From Octopus bimaculoides (Eukaryota): a stretch of DNA of 64,000 nucleotides. A program made the position numbers and the translations under genes. The notes under the pieces were generated by a model that worked only from the letters and a program-made list of their open reading frames with translations, did no database searches and was not told the origin of the DNA. The DNA lies in assembly GCF_001194135.2 (NCBI RefSeq), contig NC_068997.1, positions 31,189,676 to 31,253,675 of the forward strand, read 5' to 3'. Positions 38,531-50,689 of this stretch are shown here, piece by piece (positions within the stretch are counted from its first letter, which is position 1; every line of letters starts with the position of its first letter).

Positions 38531-41500
38531 GCCTTTTCACTGCTTCTAACGCTAGAGATGTACTACGGTGTCAGCTGTTCACTACCAGTGAATTAAGGTA
38601 ACACCTCTTAATTTTCGAGCACCTTCCGTAGTATTTGAGCGGCTCCAAGTAGTGCTGTTTTCTGCAAGTGCTCCAGCCTTATTGCAGCCCCTATTTGTTC
38701 CACCTACTTCTCAAGATTTTTGCTCACCGTTCCCAGGGCTCCGACAATTACTGCTACTTTTTTCATCGACCACAACTGCTTAACTTCCCAAGCTAACCTG
38801 TCATATCTCTCGACTTTGCTTTCTTCCTTATCGCATACCTTGTTGTCAGCTGGGCATGCTATATCTATGATCCAGTATAGTTTGTTTTCTTTCTCAATTA
38901 AGACTATGTCTGGCATCCTATTCTCTATCTCATGGTTGCACTGAATCATAAAATCCCATAAGATCCTTGCATTTTTATTTTCGATGATGCCTTCGGGTTT
39001 GTGGTCGTACCAATTTTTAGCTCTGTCAAGTCCATACTTGTTGCATTGTGTCCAATGGACAAGCCTGGCTATATTGTCGTGCCATCTCTTATATTCCTTC
39101 TGGGCTAGTTGCGTACATTGGCTGGTAATATGCCATACGGTTTCACCATTTTGCCCACAAATTCTGCACTTATCACTTTCTGATGTGTTGTCTATTCTGT
39201 ATTTTATGTACTTTGTTCTTAATGCTTGCTCTTAGGCAGCAAAAAATTAGAGCCTCCACTTCCGTTTTTAAATCACTTTTAGTCATCTACAACCATCCTT
39301 TTTCCCTGTCCGTCTTATCTACAATATCCTTATGAAATTGACCATGCATTCTTTTCTTTACCCACCTATTTTCAGTTCCATTCGTTTTTAATTGCTTGTA
39401 CATTGCTTTATCTTTGCAATCTTTCATCCTACACAAACCTGACCTTCTAATAATAGCCGTTCTGTAGCATTTTTTAAATCCCATGCCATGCAGTTTCTTC
39501 TTCTCTAATGCTGTGTTCGCATCCAATAAGTCCTCTTCTACCTCTTTTTCATTGTACATACAGTCTGTCTGTGTCACATTTTGGGTGGAGTGTCCCATAT
39601 TTATTTAGGAACTTCTTTGTCTTTCTGTCTAAGCTGTTTAGTCCGTCTACTGTCCATGCGCCATATCTAAGGAGTGAAACCGCCCAGGTGTTGATAGCTT
39701 CAATCTTATTCCGTCCGTTTAATTTCGACTCAAGTATCAGTGTCAGTAAGCACAATTACTCCACCTTAAATTTTTCTGTCAATTCTTTCTCCATCAATTT
39801 ATCCCTTTCCAAAATCCCCAAATACTTATAGCCCGTCTCTTCTATCTGCTTCATAACCTCCACCGACGGTATCGTTAGCCGGTCCATACATTTTATTTTT
39901 TTCTCTCTTCAAGACTAACACACCACACTTTCTCAGTCCGAACTCCATTAAAATGTCATCACTGAAGTTATACACCGTATCAACGAGGGAACGGACTTGG
40001 GCTTCATATTTACCATAAAGTTTTAAGTCAGCCATGAATAACAAACGGTTGACTTTTCGTTGGTGGCTTTTGAATACATACCCAGCTTTTGCTTTCCTCA
40101 GAATCAGTTTTAGTGGTATCAAGCACAGTACAAATATCAGTGGGGACAGGCAGTTCCCCTTGAAGATGCCCCTCCTGATTTCTATTGTCCCTAAACTTCT
40201 TCCATATGCTGTCAGTTCCGTCCTCCACTTCGCCATACTTTTTTCCAAGCAATCGCTCAATATTCAATGTAATACCAAATAGGTCCATACATTCCATAAT
40301 ACAAGAATGTGGGTTCATATCGTACGCCTTACGATAGTCGATCCATGATATGGCTAAGTTACTTTTACTCCTCTTGCAGTCTGTAAGTACAGTTTTGTGT
40401 ATCAGTTGATCCTTGCTACCTCTGCAGTTACGCTTGCAAACCTTCTGCTCATGTGGCAGGACTCCATTTTTTTTCCAGATGTCTGTACATTGACTTTGCA
40501 ACTATTCCAGTCAATAATTTCCACATAAGTGACAAGCAGGATATCGACCTGTAATTGTCTACCGTATTGTCTTTTTCGACGTTTTTCATGCACAGCATTG
40601 TCCTATCCAATGTCAACCACTCTGGTGTTACTTGGTCGGCATTTAACAAGGTGTTCAGTTGTGCATCTATTCGTGTATGACATTCACCATTTTTTTTTGG
40701 TCCAGTAGCCTTAAACTCTCTCTGGTCCTGGGGCCTTCCAGCTGCTCATTCTTTTGCTGATTTCCTTCACTTCCCTAACTGAAATTACTAATTCTGTCTG
40801 TTTTGGACAGACTACTGTTTGTTTCAGTTCTTGCAACCATTCAACATCCTTCTTGTTCTCCTTGTCTTTGCTCTAGATGTCACTCCAAAACCGTTGGCTT
40901 TCATTGTTATCTGGTATCAACTTTTCATCTGTACACTCTCCATTTATTTCTTTATAAAATCTCTCCTGACCTACTCTGAATAATCTATTCTGGTAGTAAC
41001 CCTTTATTCTTTGGTCATAGCTTACCATCTTTGCTTTCGTTGCAATGAGGTGCTATTTCAGTTCCTCCATTACCACTTTCAGGTCCTTTCTTTCAATATT
41101 ATACTTCCTTTTCAGTGTCCTGTATTTTTGTTTGCTTTTAAGCTCCCCTTCTCTTTTCAGTGTAACACAGAAATGTCCTTTGAGAGCATATCTAACCCTG
41201 CCTGTATTCTTCTTTGCCACCATAGATCTTTTCTTCTGTTACTCCCAATATATTTCTTTTTCTTGACATCAACACTCACGTTTTCTGCTACAACGATACT
41301 TGCTGCCTTGATCAAATTATTTGTTTCTATGACGTTTGTTCTGAAGTATTTCAGAATTTCATTGACATTTTTCGTTTCTTGGTTCAATTTCCATCGATCA
41401 ACCTTTTTAATGTCGCTGTTGTTCTCCTGTTGTCTTGCCTTTATTCTGTCGTAGATTGCCTTATGTTCTTCTGTCATTTCACCATTAGTTTTGTTGTCTT

Positions 41501-41990
41501 CTTTTAGATCATCTGTATGTCTCTCATGAAGTAAGCTACCACTGCTCCTTTCCTGTGCTATGAGATTACTCTTATTAGTAAGAACTGTATTTTCATCGTT
41601 ATCTCTGCAGCTATTTTCCAATACACGTCTTTTAATAGCTTCGAGCTCTACTTCAGTGAAGCAACGAATTTTTCTTATTGCTCTAGCTTGATCACATTGT
41701 CTCTGTTCCGTGAGTTGAAACAATCCCTTTTCTCTCCAATGACCATACATACGTTGTCGGTAACCCCTAATTTGAGCACCATTTTTATCTTCCAGGTTGC
41801 TCAGGTAGTAACACTCCATGACGACAGTATTGATTAATTTCTTTGCTCCATCTACGCAGTGTGTGGTGGTCCCTTTCTGGATATCAACAGGCTGGAGCCG
41901 GACCAGAATCTCTGAGCCTACCAAGGGTAACTCTGTTACCATCATTGGCTCCAATTTCATTATCACCGTTATTCACAATATTTTGTTTTT
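38531..41990 (-). mobile_element. R4/Dong-type non-LTR retrotransposon, near full-length single ORF (N-terminal domain, RT, CCHC, RLE), disrupted
   Basis: VMECYYLS..GYRQRMY..TEQRQCDQAR; KAPGPERV; YRSISCL; [13 protein letters not shown]; [13 protein letters not shown]; [10 protein letters not shown]; MPDIVLIEKENK..IIDIACPAD; GALGTV; RKVLEN* (stop at 38608-38610). A short 3' UTR then (TAA)n. Confidence 0.93.
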
Positions 41991-42768
41991 GCATTGTCAC
42001 TCATATGAGGTAGCGATTACATATTAAATTTTTTTTAGTTTTCTTGAGATTTTTGTTTGTCTGTCCAGTTGGGGAATACAGTAGTACTTTTGCAATGAAT
42101 AAAATGCTTACGTTTTCGAATACTCAGGAAGAAAGGAGACGATAGGCATTGACAGATTTTATAGATATTAAAGTGTTTGTTTTAAAGCTGATCGTTTGTG
42201 TGTTCGAAAGCTGTAGGTATGTAAGTTTCCTAACTTATTTTATTTCGAGGGAGATTTAAAATATTCACAGGAAATTGTAGATATTCCAGTCTTTGAGAAT
42301 AGTAGGAGGAAGAGATGTTCACTTTGTTGAATTTTTGAATTTCTGCATTTCTTTTAGAATTTTTCTTTTCTTTTTAAAGGTTTTGCTGTGGTTTACAGTT
42401 TGTGTAGTTGTTGTAGTTGTGCAGTAAGTATATATTGGCAGGTACTTACCTCCCTAATTTTTTATCGTGCATTTAATTGTGTTGTTACAATAAAAGGCAT
42501 GTTTACATATTCTCTTAGTCAGGGACAAAGGAAAGATAAAATGTTCACACGAAATTGGAGATATTAAAGTTTCTAAATTTTTTTGAGCTGTTCGTTTGTA
42601 TGTCCGTTCAGAGAAGACTGTGATGTTTTTTGTAACAAAAAGGATGTTTACATTTTCGAATATTCATGGAGAAAGAGAAGGAAAGAAAAGGAAGGTAAAA
42701 TGTTTTCACTGAACTTTATAGATACTAAGGTTTGAAAATTTACTGGGGAAGATCTTTTGTCTGTCCGA

Positions 42769-42812
<44 letters not shown>

Positions 42813-42830
42813 TACTATTATTATTATTAC

Positions 42831-42903
<73 letters not shown>

Positions 42904-42907
42904 ATTG

Positions 42908-42975
<68 letters not shown>
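42769..42975. repeat. Compound (ATT)n/(GTT)n microsatellite
   Basis: Direct observation. Confidence 0.98.
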
Positions 42976-42984
42976 TTTTTTTTT

Positions 42985-43155
42985 TCGCCCGTCGCTACGT
43001 TCTGAGTTCAAATTCCGACTAGTTCAACTTTATTTTCATCCTTCCGTGTTTGATAAAGTAAGTGCCTGTGAAACACTGGGGTTGATGTAATCGACTAGTC
43101 CCCGCCCCAAAGTTGCAGTCTTTATGGTAAAATTTGAAACATTATTATTATTCTA
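42985..43155 (+). mobile_element. Interspersed SINE-like repeat with (ATT)n tail
   Basis: gagttcaaattccg..tttcatccttcc..gataaagtaagtgcc..cactggggttgatgtaatcgact; same family as 1785-1915. Confidence 0.6.
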
Positions 43156-43429
43156 ATTATTATTTTTTATTGCCGCCATACTGTGAAGAGGTACAAAGTT
43201 GAGGGTTCGGTGATTTGTACGTATTTAATGAAGCGTTTGGGCTGGTTGCAGTCCGTTCATTCATTTTTTTAAATAATTCTTTTGCGTGCATTGTTTGGAT
43301 CGCGGTGCTAACATTTTTCTGTAATTCCCACCACCACCAGTACCATTGGGGGATGGGTTAACTCAGTAATAATTGTTTTTCCTTTTTGTGAAGTCAAGAA
43401 TTCATGTACTTTCCGTTTCTTTTTTAAAT

Positions 43430-45030
43430 TGTCAATCGAAAGAGATCAGCGTTCTGTTGACAAAGTTGTAACACCAAACGAAGCCGCACCTGAAGTAAAA
43501 ACTGATTTATCGCCAAAGAGAAATAATATTTCCTCTTCTTGCTATGATGGCAGTAACAAGTGCAACAATACTAGCAGCAGCAGCGACAGTGAGAACAACA
43601 ATAACGACGACGACGGCGACAACAACACTGCCGACAATGTGAGCAGCAGCAGCAGCGGCACAAGCGGCAGAAACAACAATAATAGTAACTCTATCAACAA
43701 CAACAACATCAGCACCATGAACAAGATTGAAGACAACAGTAATGGCGAAAGGAGCAATACATTTGCCAATGGTAACTGTGTAAAAAACAACAGTAGCAAC
43801 AACAACAATAGCAACACCACCACCAACAACAACAACAGCAGCAACGGCAATAACATAAGGAACCACAATAACGCTTTATCTTTTTCGAGAGCAGTAAGCT
43901 AGTAGACCGTCCATTCGGTTAAAGATTTGAAAAATAAAGCTCAGCAATACCAAAGTGACATTTCGTAACCAGTGAGGATGGGAAAAAACCTACCGAACGA
44001 CAAAGAATTGTCTGCAAATGTGTTCTTCGCAAGAAGAGGAAACTTAAATGTCCTACTCCGGCAGAGACCGAAAAACGCCTGCAAGAAGTGTGCCCCCCCC
44101 CCCAGTATTACACATATGTAAAAGTATGCAGTATGGGACGGTAGCTGTTGTATGTAGCCCTGAGTAAGAAGCCAGAAAAATGGCTACTATAACTTGCGCG
44201 TCCCAGGCTTTTGTGATGATTCTCGTAAATGGTTGACTCGAATTTGAGTAAAAAACGTGCCGATTTAGGAGGAACATGGGGAGATGATGGTGGGGAAGTC
44301 CACCTTACAACTCAATAGGACTGGAAATCTTATGGAATTCCAGATATTAGTTTCTTCATAGGAAATAAATCGTATTCATGATTTTTCTGAGCAGGACAAT
44401 GCGGACAGATGCCAGTTTATGTAGAAGTGAATTAAACGAAGTGTTCTATGTGTGAGAATGCCAACCAACTCAAAGCCTTTTGCCCCGTAGTAGAAAAAGC
44501 ACGAATATGTCCGCTGTTAATACCAATTCCTCAAGGTGTGAACAAAACTATTATCTCACATCTACCTCCTTCGTCCTGCTAAGTCTTCACAAAAGCAAAG
44601 ACTTCATTGACATTGCACCAAAAAGCCTTTGTTGCAGATAAGAGAAAAACCGCATCTGAACCAAACAAAGACAGCCCAAATTGAAGGTCCTAAGACATGA
44701 CTGTAAACAACAAAATCCGTCACAATACTGATTAAAAAACAAATCAACACCAACATCAATACATTCATCACAAGAAAACCCACTTTTACAAACACATTCA
44801 CAATCACAAAAAACACGAAAACGAAAAAAGAAACAACTGTAAAACGGTAACCAACAGTCACACGTTCGATACGTACGCCCTTCATCAACTTCATTGTTGT
44901 TCAGAAGAGCAACACTGAATTTATTGTTGAAAAAATAATTGATAACATTAAAGAAGTAATTGAAGACGTAATTGATTTTTGTATTCGTGTTGTGACAATT
45001 TCGGACATTCGCTAACGATGTGCCATAATG
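43430..45030 (+). pseudogene. Decayed coding remnant, possibly LINE ORF1/gag-like with a CCHC-type knuckle
   Basis: 157-codon Asn/Ser-rich ORF followed by stop-ridden protein-like text: GIPDISFFIG..MPVYVE..KCSMCENANQLKAFCP. Confidence 0.3.
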
Positions 45031-45039
45031 TTTCAACCC

Positions 45040-45330
45040 TCTCACCACACATTCTACGTTTCTCATTGTTGATGGTGTTGTCTATTCTGCACTTCACAAA
45101 CTTGGTCATTAACGCATGTTCTTGAGCTGCAAACATGACTGCTTCAGTCTCTATCTTCAGGTCACTCCTCCTCATCCATAGCCACCGGTCCTTTGTATCT
45201 GTCTTAGCGTTCGCATCTCTTGAAACTGACCGAACAGCTTTTTTACTTCCATGATTTCTTTTATTCATTACTTCTTTAAATCTTTCTTTTGTTACACAAT
45301 TTTCAGTTTTGATGACACCGTCCTCCTTCG
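45040..45330 (-). mobile_element. R4/Dong-type LINE fragment (CCHC region), 5' edge abutting (TAA)n
   Basis: WLWMRRSDLKIETEAVMFAAQEHAL..RMCGERVETLWHIVSECPKL; (att)n at 45331-45352. Confidence 0.85.
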
Positions 45331-45364
45331 TATTATTATTATTATTATTATTACTATTAAGACA

Positions 45365-45580
45365 TCGAGCTGACTGCATAGCGGCATTTGGTCCATATTT
45401 ATGCTGATTTCAGATTTGCCGAGGTTGACTTTACTTTTCATCTTTTCGGAGTGGATTAATTAAGTACCAGTGAGACACTGAGGTCGATGTAATAGGCTAG
45501 TTTGTTCCCTAAAAATTTCAAGCCTTGTGCCTATTTTGGAAAGGATTGTTATTACTTTTATGATTGTTATTATTATTATT
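45365..45580 (+). mobile_element. Interspersed SINE-like repeat
   Basis: gccgaggttgactttacttttcatcttttcgg..taagtaccagtgagacactgaggtcgatgtaat; att-rich tail. Confidence 0.6.
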
Positions 45581-46035
45581 ACCATCTTCTTACACTTTTG
45601 TTTCCATTTCTTGCTGAGTGTTTTCCTGACACTAAGGGCAGAGAAACGTACTGTATACATTGGTAGGTCATTAAAATAATGACATTTGGTTGTTCATTTA
45701 CACAGTCATGTAATAGAGAAAAATCGAAGAGAAAAGAGAGAGAGAAAAGGGAAAAAATAAAAGTAAAGAAAGGAAATAAAGGGGAAATAAAAGAAAAAAT
45801 CATATCGACAATGCTCTTCGCACTACATTTGACGTACCAGTTAAAACAATCTTTTGCATTTCTTGCATGGATGGTAAGCAGGAATCATTCTCAAATAATT
45901 TTCAGCTCTTTTTTTGATTATTGCAAGTGCTCCTAACCGTCTTGAGATGCCATATCTTTTCGATATTTTCTGAGCTTATCAAATTTTATAGCGTTTAGTA
46001 TAAAGGAGGATTATTATTATTATTATTATTATTAT

Positions 46036-46707
46036 AGACGTAGAACAGTATACAATATCGTGAGGTTGTAGATGAAAGATATTGTGTCTACTGTGTGTTT
46101 GTACTGTTTTTCAAGACACAACAAGGACCTCAGACAGACAGTACTTTATACAATATGCGTGCAGTTCCAAGTAATGCCGACTTTTGCAATGCATCTAGAT
46201 TGTAGGGTATTTCTAAGGTTTTCGGATGTCTTTTTCAGATTGGGTGGTATTGAACCCAATGCTCCGATGACAATAGGGATAACCTTTATATTCAACTCTC
46301 GTAGCTACCACATCTTAGCGATCTCAATTCTCAGGTCTCCACATTTGTCAACTTTTTCTTTCTTTCATGATGATGTGTTGATCTCCTGACACTGCTACGT
46401 CGATTATTATGCACACTTGTTTGTCTTTCCGAAAAGTTACACCGGTCTTCGGTGCTCTAACACTTTGTCTCTCAGGAAATCAAAGCCCCAGAGGATTTTT
46501 GCCTTCCCTTTTCGTCAATTACCTTTTCTGATGTATGTTGGCACCAAGCACCCGTAGCCTCATATCCATACGTACGGCATAGTAGGTAGTGGAGGGTTTG
46601 GGCTACTTTGTCATGTCTACGCTTGTACTTTTTCTACGCAAGACTTTCACAAGCACTAACAATGTGAGTCATACTTTCGACCCTCTTCGCACACATTCTG
46701 CACTTTA
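46036..46707 (-). mobile_element. 5'-truncated R4/Dong-type LINE flanked by (TAA)n on both sides
   Basis: KCRMCAKRVESMTHIVSACESLA..IIIDVAVSGD..IVIGALGSIPPNL..ALLGTARI; (tta)n at 46011-46035 and 46708-46740. Confidence 0.88.
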
Positions 46708-46755
46708 TTACTACTATTATTATTATTATTATTATTATTAAATAAAACTTTTTAC

Positions 46756-46936
46756 CTATGGTTCTTGCAGCTTTGTATAAACCATGCCGAACAGCTTCTT
46801 TAGTAGATTTGTTCAACTGAATGTCATCTCTTCCTCCAATCACAGAAATAAGCAAACCTGGTAAATTACAGCTCCATGTAGATTTTATCAAACACATCAT
46901 AATCTCCATCTGGGTTTTGTGATCCACACGAACAAA
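46756..46936 (-). CDS. TRPM: TRPM-family channel exon, SLOG/MHR1 (FVRVDHKTQMEIMMCLIKSTWSCNLPGLLISVIGGRDDIQLNKSTKEAVRHGLYKAARTI)
   Basis: AG acceptor and GTaaaa donor; 181 nt = 60 codons + 1 nt. Matches the TRPM pattern YVRVxxxT...WxLxxPxLLISVxGG...GLxKAA. Confidence 0.93.
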
Positions 46937-47645
46937 CTATATGTAACAAAAAAACACATTGAATTAATGTAACATAATGTTTGATAAAATGGGGGCGGGG
47001 TTAAATATCTAGATACTGATAATTTGCTGAATAAATTTATTGTGGGATGTTATTGCTTGTATCCATAATATAGAGAACTGTCATTAAATATTTGAAAAAT
47101 TAGAGGTTTCTCTTATCACAGATGAAATCAAGAAAATTCAAGCAACAATTTCAATGAATATTAGCCATATTGTTATTGTAATAATTACTTGTTATAATAT
47201 GTTTAATATCTTATGTTAAATATCTTCTATATTACAACACTTATGAATTTTTCTAGCATACATAGAGTTTAGCCATAAATACTAAACTTAGAACTAATGG
47301 TTTCTTTAAACAATTCTTTGCAAGAAAATATTATGTTATCATTCTCCTGTTTTATAATACTTATTTCAATCATTCCGTCACAACAGAGTAAATTTCAAAT
47401 ATCAATGTCATATGCAGCTCAGAATTAGCATAATTCAATCCAGTTTAATATAATTTATTACAACACGACAGTAAAATAGACTATTGCCCAAGTTGTACGT
47501 ACCAGAACCATGAAATACATACATATGAAGATAGATACGTGCATGCAAGCGTGTGTGCATGTGTGTGTGTGTGTATGCACGTACATAAGCACATACACAC
47601 ATATATTCATACATAGACACACAAGTCATACATATATGCATATAT

Positions 47646-47684
<39 letters not shown>

Positions 47685-49224
47685 CATAATGGCATCGAAT
47701 ACTAAAATCACAGTTTGTATCGAGTTCAAGCAGAACTTCACGTTATACACAAGGTACTGCAAGAGATAACAATACCAACAGAGTTTGGAAAAGCCCACTA
47801 ACATGATGTAATCTACGATTGACGAATTTGTAAGAAAAAATGTAACTCAAATTCAAGCTCCCTACTTTTGGACAAAAAAAAATGACCTGCAATATTTTGC
47901 CGCAGTAACCTTGTTTCAACATATGGCAGTAAACGAAACTGATCCAAAGGATAATAATAATCCAAAATGGATTAACTCACCGCACCCCAATATCATAATG
48001 GAAACAGACAAAAATAGGACAGTTGGAATATATGATGAAATCCAAAGCTAAAAATGACTTACCAAACACTAGTTACAACAGCATGATAGATTCTCCAAAT
48101 TATATGAGAATTACCATCGAGAAACACTCACAAGCCAACCGGTCACTCTCAAACACGATCTACGAGCGATAACTGAACAACGCCGCTATTGTATAAAGTT
48201 GCACACACTTTTCCTGAGACCCACAAATTATATCGTAGAATGATCGGTGATACTATTGGAGTGGACTTCATTTAGGCATAGAGTAGATTCGAACCTGAAT
48301 CGACAAATTTCCTTTAATATTTCAATAGCACTTTACCTACAAAGAAACATTAAGCTGACAGCAATAAAATAAACACATGGCTTTTGCTGAGTTGAATTAT
48401 GTCTTTGCCACTTGACTCGTCTAACCTCTTGTATGCGGGGGAGAGTTGAACTGAGATAATAATCAACCCTTCAAAGTATACCCACTGTCTATGCAGCATA
48501 GCTATCTTTCTAACTCGTTTTGTATAGTTATAAATACTAGAATTTGGTAAGGAAAAATCAGTTAGTGAACGAAGACAGCTACAGATGGCCACCGGCAGAC
48601 AGCCACTTGAGACAAATGGCCAGAGGGAGAAAGAACACAATATGAGACAAACAACTTCCCATCACTCTCTAACTTTCACTATCTCACTTTCTTTTCTCTA
48701 CAACATTACCCTATCTCTATCTTTTTACTACTAGACAACGACGAGAACACAAACACACATATACAAGAAGAAATTAACTCTCTTAACTTAGCATGCTTTT
48801 CCACTTATATCATTACATACACCTGCCCGTCGAAGCATGACATTACTTTAAGTAACAATAAATAAATAAATTTGAAGCCAACATCAATTTTGGTCGCTGC
48901 TCTCCTTGCATCTTTCGTTTTGCGCATCTGCAGCATCAACACCCGTTACAATCACTAACTGCTAACAATCAGCATATATCATTACACATTCACCGCTACA
49001 ATTGGTGACCACTGATTCCACCTTAACATACCGTTGCACTATCAAAACAACAAATACTCCTCGCACGGAAGACCTAGAGTCATTCTGGCGGGAAATCCGG
49101 TATGTAAACAAGGAACACAACCGTGATGCAGCAGAGCTAGACGACCTACGAAGGGAATATTGTGTAATACCTCTCCCAAACATCTAACATCACCAGGGAA
49201 ACAATAACCTTCACAATATCCTTC

Positions 49225-49430
49225 ACAATAACGACCAACAGGGGTTGCCATTTTGAATGCAGTCTTTTGGCCGACCTATCTACTCTGCTAAGTACGCGTC
49301 ATATACAAACTACAGTTTACCATTCCGTGTCTATCGCAATGATAGAACGTTGTCATCGACAGCTTAATGCAGCTTTACGAGCAAATTTACATTGAGTTCC
49401 GTGGTTAGAAGTTCTGCCGATTGTTAAGGA
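49225..49430 (+). mobile_element. Gypsy-type integrase core fragment
   Basis: DQ.GCHFE..YHSVSIAMIERCHRQLNAALRA..PWLEVLPIV resembles TDQGxQFE..YHPxxNGxIERxHRxLKxAL..WxxxLPxV. Confidence 0.6.
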
Positions 49431-50689
49431 GGACTTTGATTACTCCCTGGCAGAATTACTGCGTAGTTCGCCACTGCTTGGTTAAATGATATGATCAACA
49501 ACATGATCCTACCAATTATATTTATCGGCTGCGAATTTACACGAAGGAGTTACTTCCGTTAATAACGAGATCGCAGTTGATTAAAATTTTTGTTCGACCA
49601 AATATCGATACCTGGACTGACATTTTTGTACACAACCCTGCAGTTATGCATACAGCCTATGCCATGTGGTACAAGCTAAATCAAAGTAAATGCTTTTGAA
49701 CATTCAGGGGAGACAGGAGATTGTCAGCCTTGATCGACTTAAGCAGGCTTTAGTCGAATATAATTCTTTACTACATCACTCTCCGTCATCTTCTGCTACA
49801 CACAAACAAAATACATTATCTGACATCAGTGCATTTCATGCTGACACAGTAACAAAGAGTGGAAGAAGAGTACATTGGCTCGTTAGATGCATTAGCACAT
49901 ATTTTTATTAACAGAAAAACACATACAGACAAGAACTATTTTTTGCTTTCATAATTGCCAAGAAAATACAAAAAAAAACAGAACTTTGCATTATTGATTT
50001 ACGGACATTTATTCAACAATTTTTCCGTATTCAATGTACATTTTTCCATTTCTGTTTGTATTTCACTAGGTCTTTCTTACTCTTTTTAATGTTATTTTTC
50101 TTTTTATTGTTCCATTCTCTTACACGTCATGCAAAAAATATAAGAGAAGGTTACTTGTAGTGGATCAGCCGAGTAGTTATCATAGCCAAACCACAATAGT
50201 TTCACCTGATCGGCCGATTAACGACTAATGAGCGTCAAGCCATCTTGTGGTTCAACTTTCTAAAAATTTTCCATTGAGCCCTATGAAAATGTGGTCCTTG
50301 GCTGTAACCCCAGAATGTTGAGATCGTAGCTCAACATATCCATATTCATTTCATCACCAGCCATTGGCTGGTGATTAAATGAGAAAGCCTAGATTTTTTG
50401 TCATGAATATAACGCGATTACTTTCCAGTCGTTATTGACAAGAAACAGATTGTTATATACCAGTTAAATTGTCATAGATCCCAGTAGTATGTCTCTCTCG
50501 GATTATAACTCTCACTTTTAGATTTTGTCAAGAGACTAACACAAAAAATAAGATGTTGAGTAAATAAAGCTTCTGTTAAGTGTTCGTGAGTTTTGTTAAT
50601 TCTTCTACATGCAGCCTTAGAAAAACATTTGCATTCAACTACAGCTACAACAACTAGCAAAACAACAATAATACTCCACGAAACATCTT

